DNA of 64,000 nucleotides, from contig JABCTC010000006.1 in assembly GCA_018238545.1 (NCBI GenBank), forward strand, positions 1-64,000, given 5' to 3'. Made by a program: the position numbers and the translations under genes. Positions within the stretch are counted from its first letter, which is position 1. Each line of letters opens with the position of its first letter. The stretch is from Candidatus Heimdallarchaeota archaeon. GTDB taxonomy: Archaea > Asgardarchaeota > Heimdallarchaeia > Heimdallarchaeales > Heimdallarchaeaceae. The notes under the pieces are model-generated. The model saw nothing but the letters and a program-made list of their open reading frames with translations. It searched no databases and was not told where the DNA came from. Of the stretch, positions 1 to 7,888 are shown one piece after another.

Positions 1-1814
1 ACCAGCACCAACGAGAAGAGATTAACCAAAGGATAAGAAAACTAGAAGAACAGCAACTGCTCCTCCTTTCTCCGCAAATAGTAAAGAAAGCAGAAACGTT
101 ATACAGTTCCAATCCTAAGGAAGGGTTCTTCACCCGCCAACTATGCAAAGAAGTGGGGAAGAGTCCTAACATAGCAGAAAGTGCTTTCCATTGGTTGTAT
201 ATAGCAATCAAAGGGAAAAGAGATAAGGAACAGAAAGTGCAAGGGTTGCTCAATTTCCTTGCTAAGAACCCTCAACAATTAGTGGAGTGGATGATCTTTG
301 GCAGGTCACCTTATACTGAAAGCAGTTTAGGGAACTATTGGAAACTTAAAAGAAGGTACGTTATCAACCTCTTAACCAGCACTAGACAACAAGCAGATGG
401 ATATTGGAGAAAGAAAAAGAAAGCAACTTACCATCTTAATAACTTACACCATAATTCTTTCCTCACCTCTACAACACAACAAGCAATAGTACAAGCGATA
501 GATGACGCACTGTTCTTTTACACTAATGAATTCACTACTATTTCCCAAATAACCAAGAGGCAACAAGCCTTTCTAGCCAAACTCCAATTATTAAAGAACG
601 AACAAGCTGTCGTTGCCCCTTTTCTCACCTCATGGATCAACAGTCCCCAACCTTCTCGTTGGAAAAGTCTCAAAACACTAGCAGAACAACTAGCAAATAC
701 TCTTGGGAAACCTTCCCGAAAACTCTTCTCAGCTGTCAGGCTGATAGTTGTTTTCACACTCTTTGACCATTTCATGCAGAGTGCCCCTCAGTTACTTAAA
801 GGCCTCCCAGTAGCAAAAGTTGTTCCCTTACCATTTAAAAGAAAAAAGAAAGGAAGATTACCCATAAAATTGTTAATGAAAAAAGATTATGTTATCACCC
901 GACAAGGGAATGCAAAAACACTAACAGCACAAATCAATAAACAAGGATGGACAGAATTAGGTTTCCCTCAGAAAGGGAAGAAGAAACTTGTTGCAAAAAC
1001 ACTTTTCCCCTCCAAAGTACGAGAGTATATTCATAATGGTGCAGAGATCAAACTTTTCCAAGTTAGCAGCGGTCAAGCACCTAGTTACAAACCTCGAGTG
1101 GATGTCGTTCTCGAGGGAGCAATGGCCTGTTTCCACTCCTCTACCCTTCTCCACACCTATCTCCCGCTTATTTCCGGGAGGAAAAAATCTATTCTTGGTC
1201 TAGATATTAACCGCTTAGGGGCACATATGATGGCTTTTAACACCTCCGTTTCTCTCCCTCCTGAAACCTTGCTTCTAGCTGAACGTTATTCCCACCTTAC
1301 TTCTAAAGTTCTCCCCGAACTTCATCGGGGGTTGATGCGCAAACGTAAAGCTCGAGACACTCTTGGTTTCTGTAAGTTGCAAGGAGAGCTCAATAGAGTT
1401 TATACTCGTCGCATGAGACTCATTCGCGAGCTTACTCGCTGTTTACCACCCTTTCTTGCTGCAGTCATGGTGAAAAAACAGTGTAAGACCTTAAAGGTTG
1501 AACAGTTAACTGTTGACCCCTCAGGTACTAAGGGAGCATTAGCTAAAGCAATATACACTATGCCTGATAGTCTCTTCATCTACCAGAAAGCTGTCTGGTT
1601 AGCTTCTCAAGAGTTAGGTTATAAAGTACAGTTAGAGTCTGTTTCCCCCTACCATACTAGCACTATTCATTATGGTTGTGGAGGAATGTTAGTTCGACTT
1701 CAAGGGCAGTATGATCTTGCCCCTTGCAGAAAATGTGGACGAAAAGTTAATACTCACATTAATGCTGCGCACAACATTGCTTCTCTGTCTGGTACGCTCC
1801 TTCCTTCCTTCTGA
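1..1814 (+). CDS. tnpB: Large TnpB/Cas12-like RuvC protein, 5'-partial (>600 aa)
   Basis: RuvC-I ILGLDIN, RuvC-II LKVEQL, SPYHTS..HYGC..CRKC Zn ribbon, C-terminal NTHINAAHNIA. The frame is open from base 3, so the 153 start is not the true start. Confidence 0.8.
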   Translation, partial: QHQREEINQRIRKLEEQQLLLLSPQIVKKAETLYSSNPKEGFFTRQLCKEVGKSPNIAESAFHWLYIAIKGKRDKEQKVQGLLNFLAKNPQQLVEWMIFGRSPYTESSLGNYWKLKRRYVINLLTSTRQQADGYWRKKKKATYHLNNLHHNSFLTSTTQQAIVQAIDDALFFYTNEFTTISQITKRQQAFLAKLQLLKNEQAVVAPFLTSWINSPQPSRWKSLKTLAEQLANTLGKPSRKLFSAVRLIVVFTLFDHFMQSAPQLLKGLPVAKVVPLPFKRKKKGRLPIKLLMKKDYVITRQGNAKTLTAQINKQGWTELGFPQKGKKKLVAKTLFPSKVREYIHNGAEIKLFQVSSGQAPSYKPRVDVVLEGAMACFHSSTLLHTYLPLISGRKKSILGLDINRLGAHMMAFNTSVSLPPETLLLAERYSHLTSKVLPELHRGLMRKRKARDTLGFCKLQGELNRVYTRRMRLIRELTRCLPPFLAAVMVKKQCKTLKVEQLTVDPSGTKGALAKAIYTMPDSLFIYQKAVWLASQELGYKVQLESVSPYHTSTIHYGCGGMLVRLQGQYDLAPCRKCGRKVNTHINAAHNIASLSGTLLPSF

Positions 1815-1900
1815 TCCTCTTCCCCTCAACGCACGTGAGGGGACCCACCTAAACGACGGTTAGATCGCCTCTGGCAAGTTTAACCAAGTTTCATAACGTG
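1..1900 (+). mobile_element. TnpB-encoding insertion element (right part) inserted in ppa
   Basis: PPase homology on the minus strand stops abruptly at ~1901; a structured tail (1815-1900) follows tnpB; composition looks more C/G-rich than the flanks. Confidence 0.7.
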
Positions 1901-1903
1901 CGT
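1815..1903 (+). ncRNA. Putative omegaRNA/right-end structure
   Basis: Perfect stem TCCCCTCA(1821-1828)/TGAGGGGA(1836-1843); ACGCACGT (1829-1836) is complementary to ACGTGCGT (1896-1903). Confidence 0.45.
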
Positions 1904-2090
1904 AATCACCTGGGAAATGAACAGATGAATGCAAAACACGATCCAAGTAAATTATACCATCTTTCCCTAACTCATATTTGTTCTTACTATTTTTAGGGTT
2001 CTCAATAATAGCATAAACCTCTTCAGGAGGATTTGGACCAACTTTGATTGTGTGCCACAAAGAGTCTGTATCTACCATATTGCTTCCCAT
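1901..2090 (-). pseudogene. ppa: Inorganic pyrophosphatase (family I), N-terminal fragment disrupted by the element
   Basis: LWHTIKVGPNPPEEVYAIIENPKNSKNKYE..LDRVLHSSVHFPGDY matches the PPase N-terminus, then unrelated sequence and a stop follow. Confidence 0.88.
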
Positions 2091-2556
2091 TAACCTTTTC
2101 GCGCAATGATAAAAACATTGTCAAAAAGAAAAAAAGAAGATTTGGCATATTATTTCATAGTAGTTTTTTTAAGATGAACACATTCAACTAGTGGAAGTAG
2201 AGGGTGGCGAAGAGAGGGTAGAAGGATATACAAGCATCACTCGAGGGGAACAAAACCTCTATTTCCTCTCCTTTTCTCAAGCTTATTTGATTTAAATAAT
2301 CTATAATTTGTCCCTAGAAATGTTTATCGGACAATTAAAAGTAGAAAATGGCAACCGATTCTAATTGCAGAACCAAAACCGACAGCCGACACGAAAATAG
2401 AATTAATCTTACCACGTAAAATACTATAAGTGTGGTAAGATAGAAGAACATGAAAACTTGACCTGAAGGGCTTGGAAGATTGAAATCGTATTTACAAAAT
2501 ATTTTTTAGGACAAATGACAAAACCTCAAGAGTCTCTAAGAAACCTTTTTTGAGTT

Positions 2557-4140
2557 CTACACGGTTCTTGTTATTTGCTCTTGCTGCAATTGTAAATACT
2601 TTAGTAATGTATTTTCTAATCTAGAGAATCCGTAGAGCCTACATTTCTTTATAGCCATATATTGCAAAGCTGGACCTAGAGGATCTCCGTTCTTATATGC
2701 TCCTACTTGGATAAAAGCTTCCATAAATATGCGCATTTCTAGAACCTCAATTCTATGGAGCTTGTTCTCATATTGTTTGAGAAGAGGAGAGATTTCAGCA
2801 TACCGTTTAAGAGTAAACAACTGTTGAGCAATAAGGAGATTTGCATAAACATTTTCCATAAATGTAGTTTTCTTTGTTTTTACGCGCTTTTCTAAGATGG
2901 AAATACAGTTCAAAACCCTTTGTTCTTGACTAATCTCTCTCTCTAATTGTTGTTTTTCAAGCATAAACTCGATAAGATATTTTATTCGGTTAACGCTGAA
3001 ATTATCTATTTCTAATAACTGTTGAAGTTTGTCAGTATCGAGATTGGAATTGAGGATAAACTCACTAAGAGTCATGAAATCGCTAAACAAGTCTTTACAA
3101 TTTGCGAATATATCATCGATCAGTTTTTGATGTTCTTGAGAATTATAATTACTTAAACGTGAAATATTGTAAAATTTTACGAGATTATGGGTATGTAGAA
3201 TCTGCTTCTTGGTATTTATATCTATATTTTTCTGGATAAATTCAGTTTGAAGGAGCGTATCAGCAAGTTTGTCAATTTCAATCGCTTGTTTTGTTTTCCC
3301 TAGTAAACCTGTGACAGTAGCAAGATAAGAATGTAAAACGATAAAATAACCATAAAAATCACTTTTCAAATAAATTGGTTTAAGAATACTGTAAGCCTCC
3401 TGAAAATATGATTCAGAAATTCTCAAATTAGCATCTAACATGTATCCTAATCCCACAAAATAGTAAATCATACCCTTAACTTCTTGAGCTAGTCCATCGA
3501 ATAAAATCCTATCAGAAAAGATTCTTTTGCTTATATTCAGTGCTTTCTTACTGTCATGAGTTCTAGTGTATATAATACTTAGAAGACCAAATGTTTGGGC
3601 TAAACTTCTATGATAACCTTCCTCAAAGAAATAACTTGAACATTCTTCTAAAATTGTGGAACTTTCAATATCATGTTCACTTAACCATTTTTCTACTGCT
3701 AGAGAGTACATACAAACATGAAAAGCATATTTCTCGGGATTGGATATCTTCTCTATATAAGCGATAGATTTGCTAAGAGCTTTTTTACTCTTTTCTGTGT
3801 TCCCCTTTATTTTTTCTATATACCATTCAACATTATAAGATAAAGCTAAACCCTCTATATAGTTAATCTCGTTTGATAGATCTTTCATGGCACTTGCTAT
3901 TTCTGAGATTTCAGAAGCTCTACTAAATAGATGTTCTATCAATGATACCTTAATTTCATATACTTTCACTAAGGATTTTTTATCATCAAGTTGCTTACAT
4001 TTTTCAATGACCTTTTCAATAAATATCAAATTCTCATTGTTGGATTTCTCATTTTTAGCTACAACTCTAAATCTTTCAATAAATGTAGATAAAGATTCTT
4101 TTGACTCAAGTTTCTGAAAATCTTTGAATTTATGTTCCAT
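2557..4140 (-). CDS. Helical/TPR-like protein, paralog 1 of the micropeptide-associated family
   Basis: 527 aa, helical-repeat-like; NEKS motif and a C-terminal block shared with 6003-7583 and 61601-63190. Confidence 0.8.
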   Translation of the reverse strand: MEHKFKDFQKLESKESLSTFIERFRVVAKNEKSNNENLIFIEKVIEKCKQLDDKKSLVKVYEIKVSLIEHLFSRASEISEIASAMKDLSNEINYIEGLALSYNVEWYIEKIKGNTEKSKKALSKSIAYIEKISNPEKYAFHVCMYSLAVEKWLSEHDIESSTILEECSSYFFEEGYHRSLAQTFGLLSIIYTRTHDSKKALNISKRIFSDRILFDGLAQEVKGMIYYFVGLGYMLDANLRISESYFQEAYSILKPIYLKSDFYGYFIVLHSYLATVTGLLGKTKQAIEIDKLADTLLQTEFIQKNIDINTKKQILHTHNLVKFYNISRLSNYNSQEHQKLIDDIFANCKDLFSDFMTLSEFILNSNLDTDKLQQLLEIDNFSVNRIKYLIEFMLEKQQLEREISQEQRVLNCISILEKRVKTKKTTFMENVYANLLIAQQLFTLKRYAEISPLLKQYENKLHRIEVLEMRIFMEAFIQVGAYKNGDPLGPALQYMAIKKCRLYGFSRLENTLLKYLQLQQEQITRTV

Positions 4141-4191
4141 AAATTAGTCCACCAAACAAAGTAAACTGTACTCTTCGAGATATAAGTCATT

Positions 4192-4320
4192 TCAAAAAAA
4201 TTGCATTAAGATTGCATTTTTTAGTATGCGTAATAATAAAAAAACCCTTATGGGTCTCCATAAGGGCGGCATTATACTTTCATCTCCGTCTTCCGGATCA
4301 TATTTTTGTTTCATTTGCAT
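4192..4320 (-). CDS. YDP-PPxW micropeptide copy 1 (MQMKQKYDPEDGDESIMPPLWRPIRVFLLLRILKNAILMQFF)
   Basis: Hand-translated; homologous to the other copies up to PPLW; shared upstream element present. Confidence 0.6.
   Translation of the reverse strand: MQMKQKYDPEDGDESIMPPLWRPIRVFLLLRILKNAILMQFF
4238..4266 (-). terminator. Hairpin plus T-tract inside micropeptide copy 1
   Basis: Minus strand CCCTTATGG-AGAC-CCATAAGGG-TTTTTTT, a perfect 9-bp stem. Confidence 0.5.
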
Positions 4321-4416
4321 CACTCTATTAGTTATACTTAGAAGTGCTATAACATACTAAAAGACAACAAGAAAGAAACTGACAATATAGGTGCTTTACT
4401 AGTAAACACATACAAC
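4321..4416 (-). promoter_or_regulatory. Conserved upstream element of micropeptide genes (copy A)
   Basis: Contains the 25-mer CTAAAAGACAACAAGAAAGAAACTG (4357-4381), also at 7775-7799, 61300-61324 (reverse complement) and 4568-4592 (1 mismatch). Confidence 0.7.
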
Positions 4417-4452
4417 AAAACAAGAATTTGAAAAGAAAAATTAGAAATGAGA

Positions 4453-4524
4453 TTAATTAGGAAACCACAGTGGGGGAAGGATTGATTCGTCTCCATCTTC
4501 TGGATCATATTTGTTTTTCATCAT
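4453..4524 (-). CDS. YDP-PPxW micropeptide copy 2 (MMKNKYDPEDGDESILPPLWFPN)
   Basis: Hand-translated 23 aa ORF preceded by an SD-like GAGTGA. Confidence 0.75.
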   Translation of the reverse strand: MMKNKYDPEDGDESILPPLWFPN

Positions 4525-4531
4525 TGTGCAT

Positions 4532-4626
4532 CACTCATTACGTTATACTTAGAAGAGACAAAAGATACTAAAAGGCAACAAGAAAGAAACTGACGATAAA
4601 ATCGTTTTACTAGTAAACATATCAAC
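4532..4626 (-). promoter_or_regulatory. Conserved upstream element (copy B)
   Basis: Tandem duplicate of 4321-4416. Confidence 0.7.
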
Positions 4627-4666
4627 GGAAAAAGCATAAAAGTCTGCACATCCTAATTCAATTGTC

Positions 4667-5785
4667 ATGACTATTCAAGAATTATCAAAACGAGATGTCT
4701 ATAATCTAGTTATAGGTGCAAAGATTTTAGCCTGTGGTGGAGGGGGAAGTGAAGCTAAGGCTCTCGAGAATATCAATAAAATATATGACATAGGTCTAAA
4801 TTTTACGATTGCTGACTTAACAGATTTTCAACCAGATGATAGTCTTTGTATCATTGGAATGGTTGGAGGAGGAATTACTGAAGAAGAAAAAAGAATAGTT
4901 GAAGAAAAAGAAATAGTAGAAAAGAAACCTATGATTAGAGCTGTTAAAGAACTTGAATTGTTCCTAGGGGAAGAATTCAGCGCTTTTGTAGCCACTGAAC
5001 TTGGACCTTACAACAGTATTATTCCTTTGATGGTAGCTGCTCAAATGGGTAAAGTTGCCATCAATGGAGATTGTTGTGGAAGGAGTAAGCCAAAAATATC
5101 TATTAGTACAACAAGGGTCAAAGATTTTTCAATTGCACCTTTCTCAATCGTTAGCCAATATGGTGATATTCAGATTGTGAAAAATGTAGCAGATGATATT
5201 AGAGGTGAACTCATTGCTAGAACCTCTTCACGTTTGTCGGGAGGATCAGTGAGCGTTGCTCGATGTCCTATGAAGGTTAAAGAAGCTCAGAAAGCAGTTA
5301 TTCCTCAAACTCTGTCTTTAGCAATAGAATTAGGTAAACAGGTAAGGACAGCTAATGAACAAAAAAAACAACCGATGAAAACAATTCTCGATACACTCCC
5401 TGAAACTAGAATAGTTTTTACTGGGAAGGTAAGAGATTTTTCAAGAACCGAAGAAGGAGGTTTTACCTCAGGGGAAATTATACTAGATTCTCTGAATGTA
5501 AAGAACCATGAATTAAAGTTTTGGTACCAGAATGAATATCTTCTCTCTTGGTTAAATAACGAACCATTCGTTACCTGTCCAGATGGGATTTACATGGTTG
5601 ATTCTAAAACAGGGTACGGTTTAACTCCGTGGGAGAATGATTTCAAACGAAATAGAGAAGTTACAGTCTTTACAAGAGAAGCTCCAGAGATTTGGAGATC
5701 AGAAAAAGGGTTACAGGTATTCGGGCCTAGAGCTTTCAATAAGAATTGGCCAATGTATAAAAGAGCAAGTTCATTCAAACTATAA
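4667..5785 (+). CDS. DUF917 family protein
   Basis: GAKILACGGGG, ELGPYNS and GDCCGRSKP correspond to DUF917 motifs (G.GGGG, E.G..N, D.MGRA.P). Confidence 0.8.
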   Translation: MTIQELSKRDVYNLVIGAKILACGGGGSEAKALENINKIYDIGLNFTIADLTDFQPDDSLCIIGMVGGGITEEEKRIVEEKEIVEKKPMIRAVKELELFLGEEFSAFVATELGPYNSIIPLMVAAQMGKVAINGDCCGRSKPKISISTTRVKDFSIAPFSIVSQYGDIQIVKNVADDIRGELIARTSSRLSGGSVSVARCPMKVKEAQKAVIPQTLSLAIELGKQVRTANEQKKQPMKTILDTLPETRIVFTGKVRDFSRTEEGGFTSGEIILDSLNVKNHELKFWYQNEYLLSWLNNEPFVTCPDGIYMVDSKTGYGLTPWENDFKRNREVTVFTREAPEIWRSEKGLQVFGPRAFNKNWPMYKRASSFKL

Positions 5786-5831
5786 TTTACTAAAGAATTT
5801 TCAAGAAGTAGAAGAAGAAAAAGAAATGAAA

Positions 5832-5900
5832 CTAGTATGGAGATCACAATGGGAGAAGGATCGATTCGTCTCCATCTTTGGGGTTATATTTAGTCTTCAT
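5832..5900 (-). pseudogene. YDP-PPxW micropeptide copy 3, degenerate (MKTKYNPKDGDESILLPL*SPY)
   Basis: The conserved Trp codon is TGA here and the upstream element is lacking. Confidence 0.6.
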
Positions 5901-6002
5901 CGTCTATCATTAATTTAAAAAGAAAGAAACACAAAAAACCAGAAGAAATTTAGAGACAAAAAGAAAAACCTCCAAAGAACATAAGAACCCCTCTCTTGAG
6001 TT

Positions 6003-7583
6003 CTATATTGTTCTTGTTATCTCCTTATGCTGCAATTGCAAATAATCCAATAATCTGTTTTCCAATCGAGAGAAACCATAGAGCCTACATTTCTTTATTG
6101 CCATGTATTGTAAAGCTGGACCAAGAGGATCTCCGTTCTTATATGCTCCTACTTGAATAAAAGCCTCCATGAAAATACGCATTTCCAGAACATCAATCTT
6201 GTGAAGTCGTTTCTGATATTTCTTTAATAGAGGTGAAATCTCTGCGTATCTTTTTGAAGAAAATAGTTGATTAGCTATGAGTAAATCAACATAAACATGT
6301 TCAATATAAGTGTTCATTCCTGTTTTTATTCGGTTTTTCAAAATAGCTATACAGTTCTGAATCTTCTGCTCTTTACTAATCTTTGACAAAGATTTCTGTT
6401 TTTCAAGTTTAAATCTAATAATATGCTTAATTCGATTTATACTGTAGTTATTGATTAATAACATTTGTCTTAGATTCTTACTGTTAATGTCTGCAACAAG
6501 CATGAATTCACTTAACATTACAAAATCGCTATAATACAATTTACAATCTTTTAGAATAATAGAAATTAGTTTTTGATCTTCAATTTTTTCATATACAGCA
6601 GTCCTAGAATAGACATAAAATTTCGTTAAATTAAATGTGTGTTTAATCTGATTTTCATTAAATTTAGTAAGATTGCTCCTCAAAACATCCATTTCTAATA
6701 ATTTTTCAATTTGTGCTATTTCTTTTTGGGAAGTATCTAAATTTCCTTGTAAAGCTGTAATTACTAAAAGATGGGAAAGAGTTGGAATATAGTATGTTGA
6801 TTTAATCATCTTATTCTGTTCAAATATTTGTTTTACTTTTAGGAAAAATGTTTTAGCTTTAGAAAGGGAACATTGCAACTTAAAAGAAACCCCCAAAAAG
6901 TAATAGGCTATAACCTGCAAGTCTTTTGGAAGTATCTCTAGATCTAACTTCATGGAAAGAATCTTCTGTGCTATCTTAATCGCTTTATTTCTTTTCTGCA
7001 TATGCAGATATATGATACTCAGATATCCCAATGAATGAAACAGACCTTTATAGTTTCCCACATTAATAAAATATGAAACACATTCCTCAAATATTTCACA
7101 GCTCTTGAAATCATAATCCTCTAACCAGATTTCTATTGCGTAGCTATATCTAGTTACATTATAGGTATATATGTCTAGATTGTTCGATGATTTTAGTAAT
7201 TCCATGGCTTTTAGTATTGCTTTCTTGCTCTTTGTTTGGTTTCCTATAAATTTCTCAAAGCCCCATTCAATTGAATAACAAAGAATTAGCCCCTCAGTAT
7301 AATTCATTTTTGTTGCTAAATTCTTCATATCTTGAAGTGTCTTACTAATTGAGGAAACAGTGTTTCGATTTCCAAACAATTGCTTTATCCTTAATTCATA
7401 TAACTTGATTGTAGCAATTGAATGGTTTAATCTACAGCTCTTTTCAATTGCTTTTTCTATTATACTGATAACTCCGTCTGATTTCTCATTTGCTGATAAA
7501 ACACGAAGTTTATCAATTATCTCCTCTAAATCCTTCAACGTTTGAATTTTATCTATGTGAAAATGTTGATTACTATAACTCAA
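6003..7583 (-). CDS. Helical/TPR-like protein, paralog 2
   Basis: 526 aa; ANEKS motif; C-terminal LEMRIFMEAFIQVGAYKNGDPLGPALQYMAIKKCRLYGFSRLEN identical to paralog 1. Confidence 0.8.
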   Translation of the reverse strand: MSYSNQHFHIDKIQTLKDLEEIIDKLRVLSANEKSDGVISIIEKAIEKSCRLNHSIATIKLYELRIKQLFGNRNTVSSISKTLQDMKNLATKMNYTEGLILCYSIEWGFEKFIGNQTKSKKAILKAMELLKSSNNLDIYTYNVTRYSYAIEIWLEDYDFKSCEIFEECVSYFINVGNYKGLFHSLGYLSIIYLHMQKRNKAIKIAQKILSMKLDLEILPKDLQVIAYYFLGVSFKLQCSLSKAKTFFLKVKQIFEQNKMIKSTYYIPTLSHLLVITALQGNLDTSQKEIAQIEKLLEMDVLRSNLTKFNENQIKHTFNLTKFYVYSRTAVYEKIEDQKLISIILKDCKLYYSDFVMLSEFMLVADINSKNLRQMLLINNYSINRIKHIIRFKLEKQKSLSKISKEQKIQNCIAILKNRIKTGMNTYIEHVYVDLLIANQLFSSKRYAEISPLLKKYQKRLHKIDVLEMRIFMEAFIQVGAYKNGDPLGPALQYMAIKKCRLYGFSRLENRLLDYLQLQHKEITRTI

Positions 7584-7663
7584 TCAAACCCACTAAATAT
7601 ATTATGAAAACTTTGATTTATATACTTGGTAGATATTTCAGCTCCAAAAAGAAGGTAAAAAGG

Positions 7664-7738
7664 CTAGTTTGGAAACCAGCCAGGAGGAAGAATGTCTTCA
7701 TCTCCGTCTTTAGGATCATATGTTTGTTTCATTTGCAT
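7664..7738 (-). CDS. YDP-PPxW micropeptide copy 4 (MQMKQTYDPKDGDEDILPPGWFPN)
   Basis: Hand-translated; ends 80 nt upstream of paralog 2 on the same strand. Confidence 0.75.
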   Translation of the reverse strand: MQMKQTYDPKDGDEDILPPGWFPN

Positions 7739-7833
7739 CACTCTATCAATTATACTTAGAAGAGGCAAAATATACTAAAAGACAACAAGAAAGAAACTGC
7801 CAATTCCTCACCTTGTCTAGTAATATTATCAAC
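7739..7833 (-). promoter_or_regulatory. Conserved upstream element (copy C)
   Basis: Identical 25-mer at 7775-7799. Confidence 0.7.
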
Positions 7834-7888
7834 AAAACCCATTTAATTTTTAAATATCGTAAATAAGGTACAATTACTTGTTCAAAAG

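Noticed and set aside
5844-5846. TGA at the conserved Trp as evidence of UGA=Trp or Sec recoding
   Set aside because: TGA is a normal stop in other genes here (e.g. rpoD), and this copy shows other decay (PP to LP, lost upstream element).
4453-7738. Micropeptides as RiPP precursors
   Set aside because: No radical SAM, ATP-grasp, YcaO, peptidase or exporter gene beside any copy; trans-acting enzymes elsewhere cannot be excluded.
5590-7759. ORFs 5590-5847, 5637-5918, 7360-7545, 7490-7759 and similar short antisense or overlapping ORFs throughout
   Set aside because: They overlap better-supported genes, and some are simply antisense to the micropeptides.
4280-7833. Repeated units as a CRISPR array partnering the Cas12-like ORF
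   Set aside because: Units are ~170 bp, dispersed, encode peptides and lack regular repeat-spacer periodicity.
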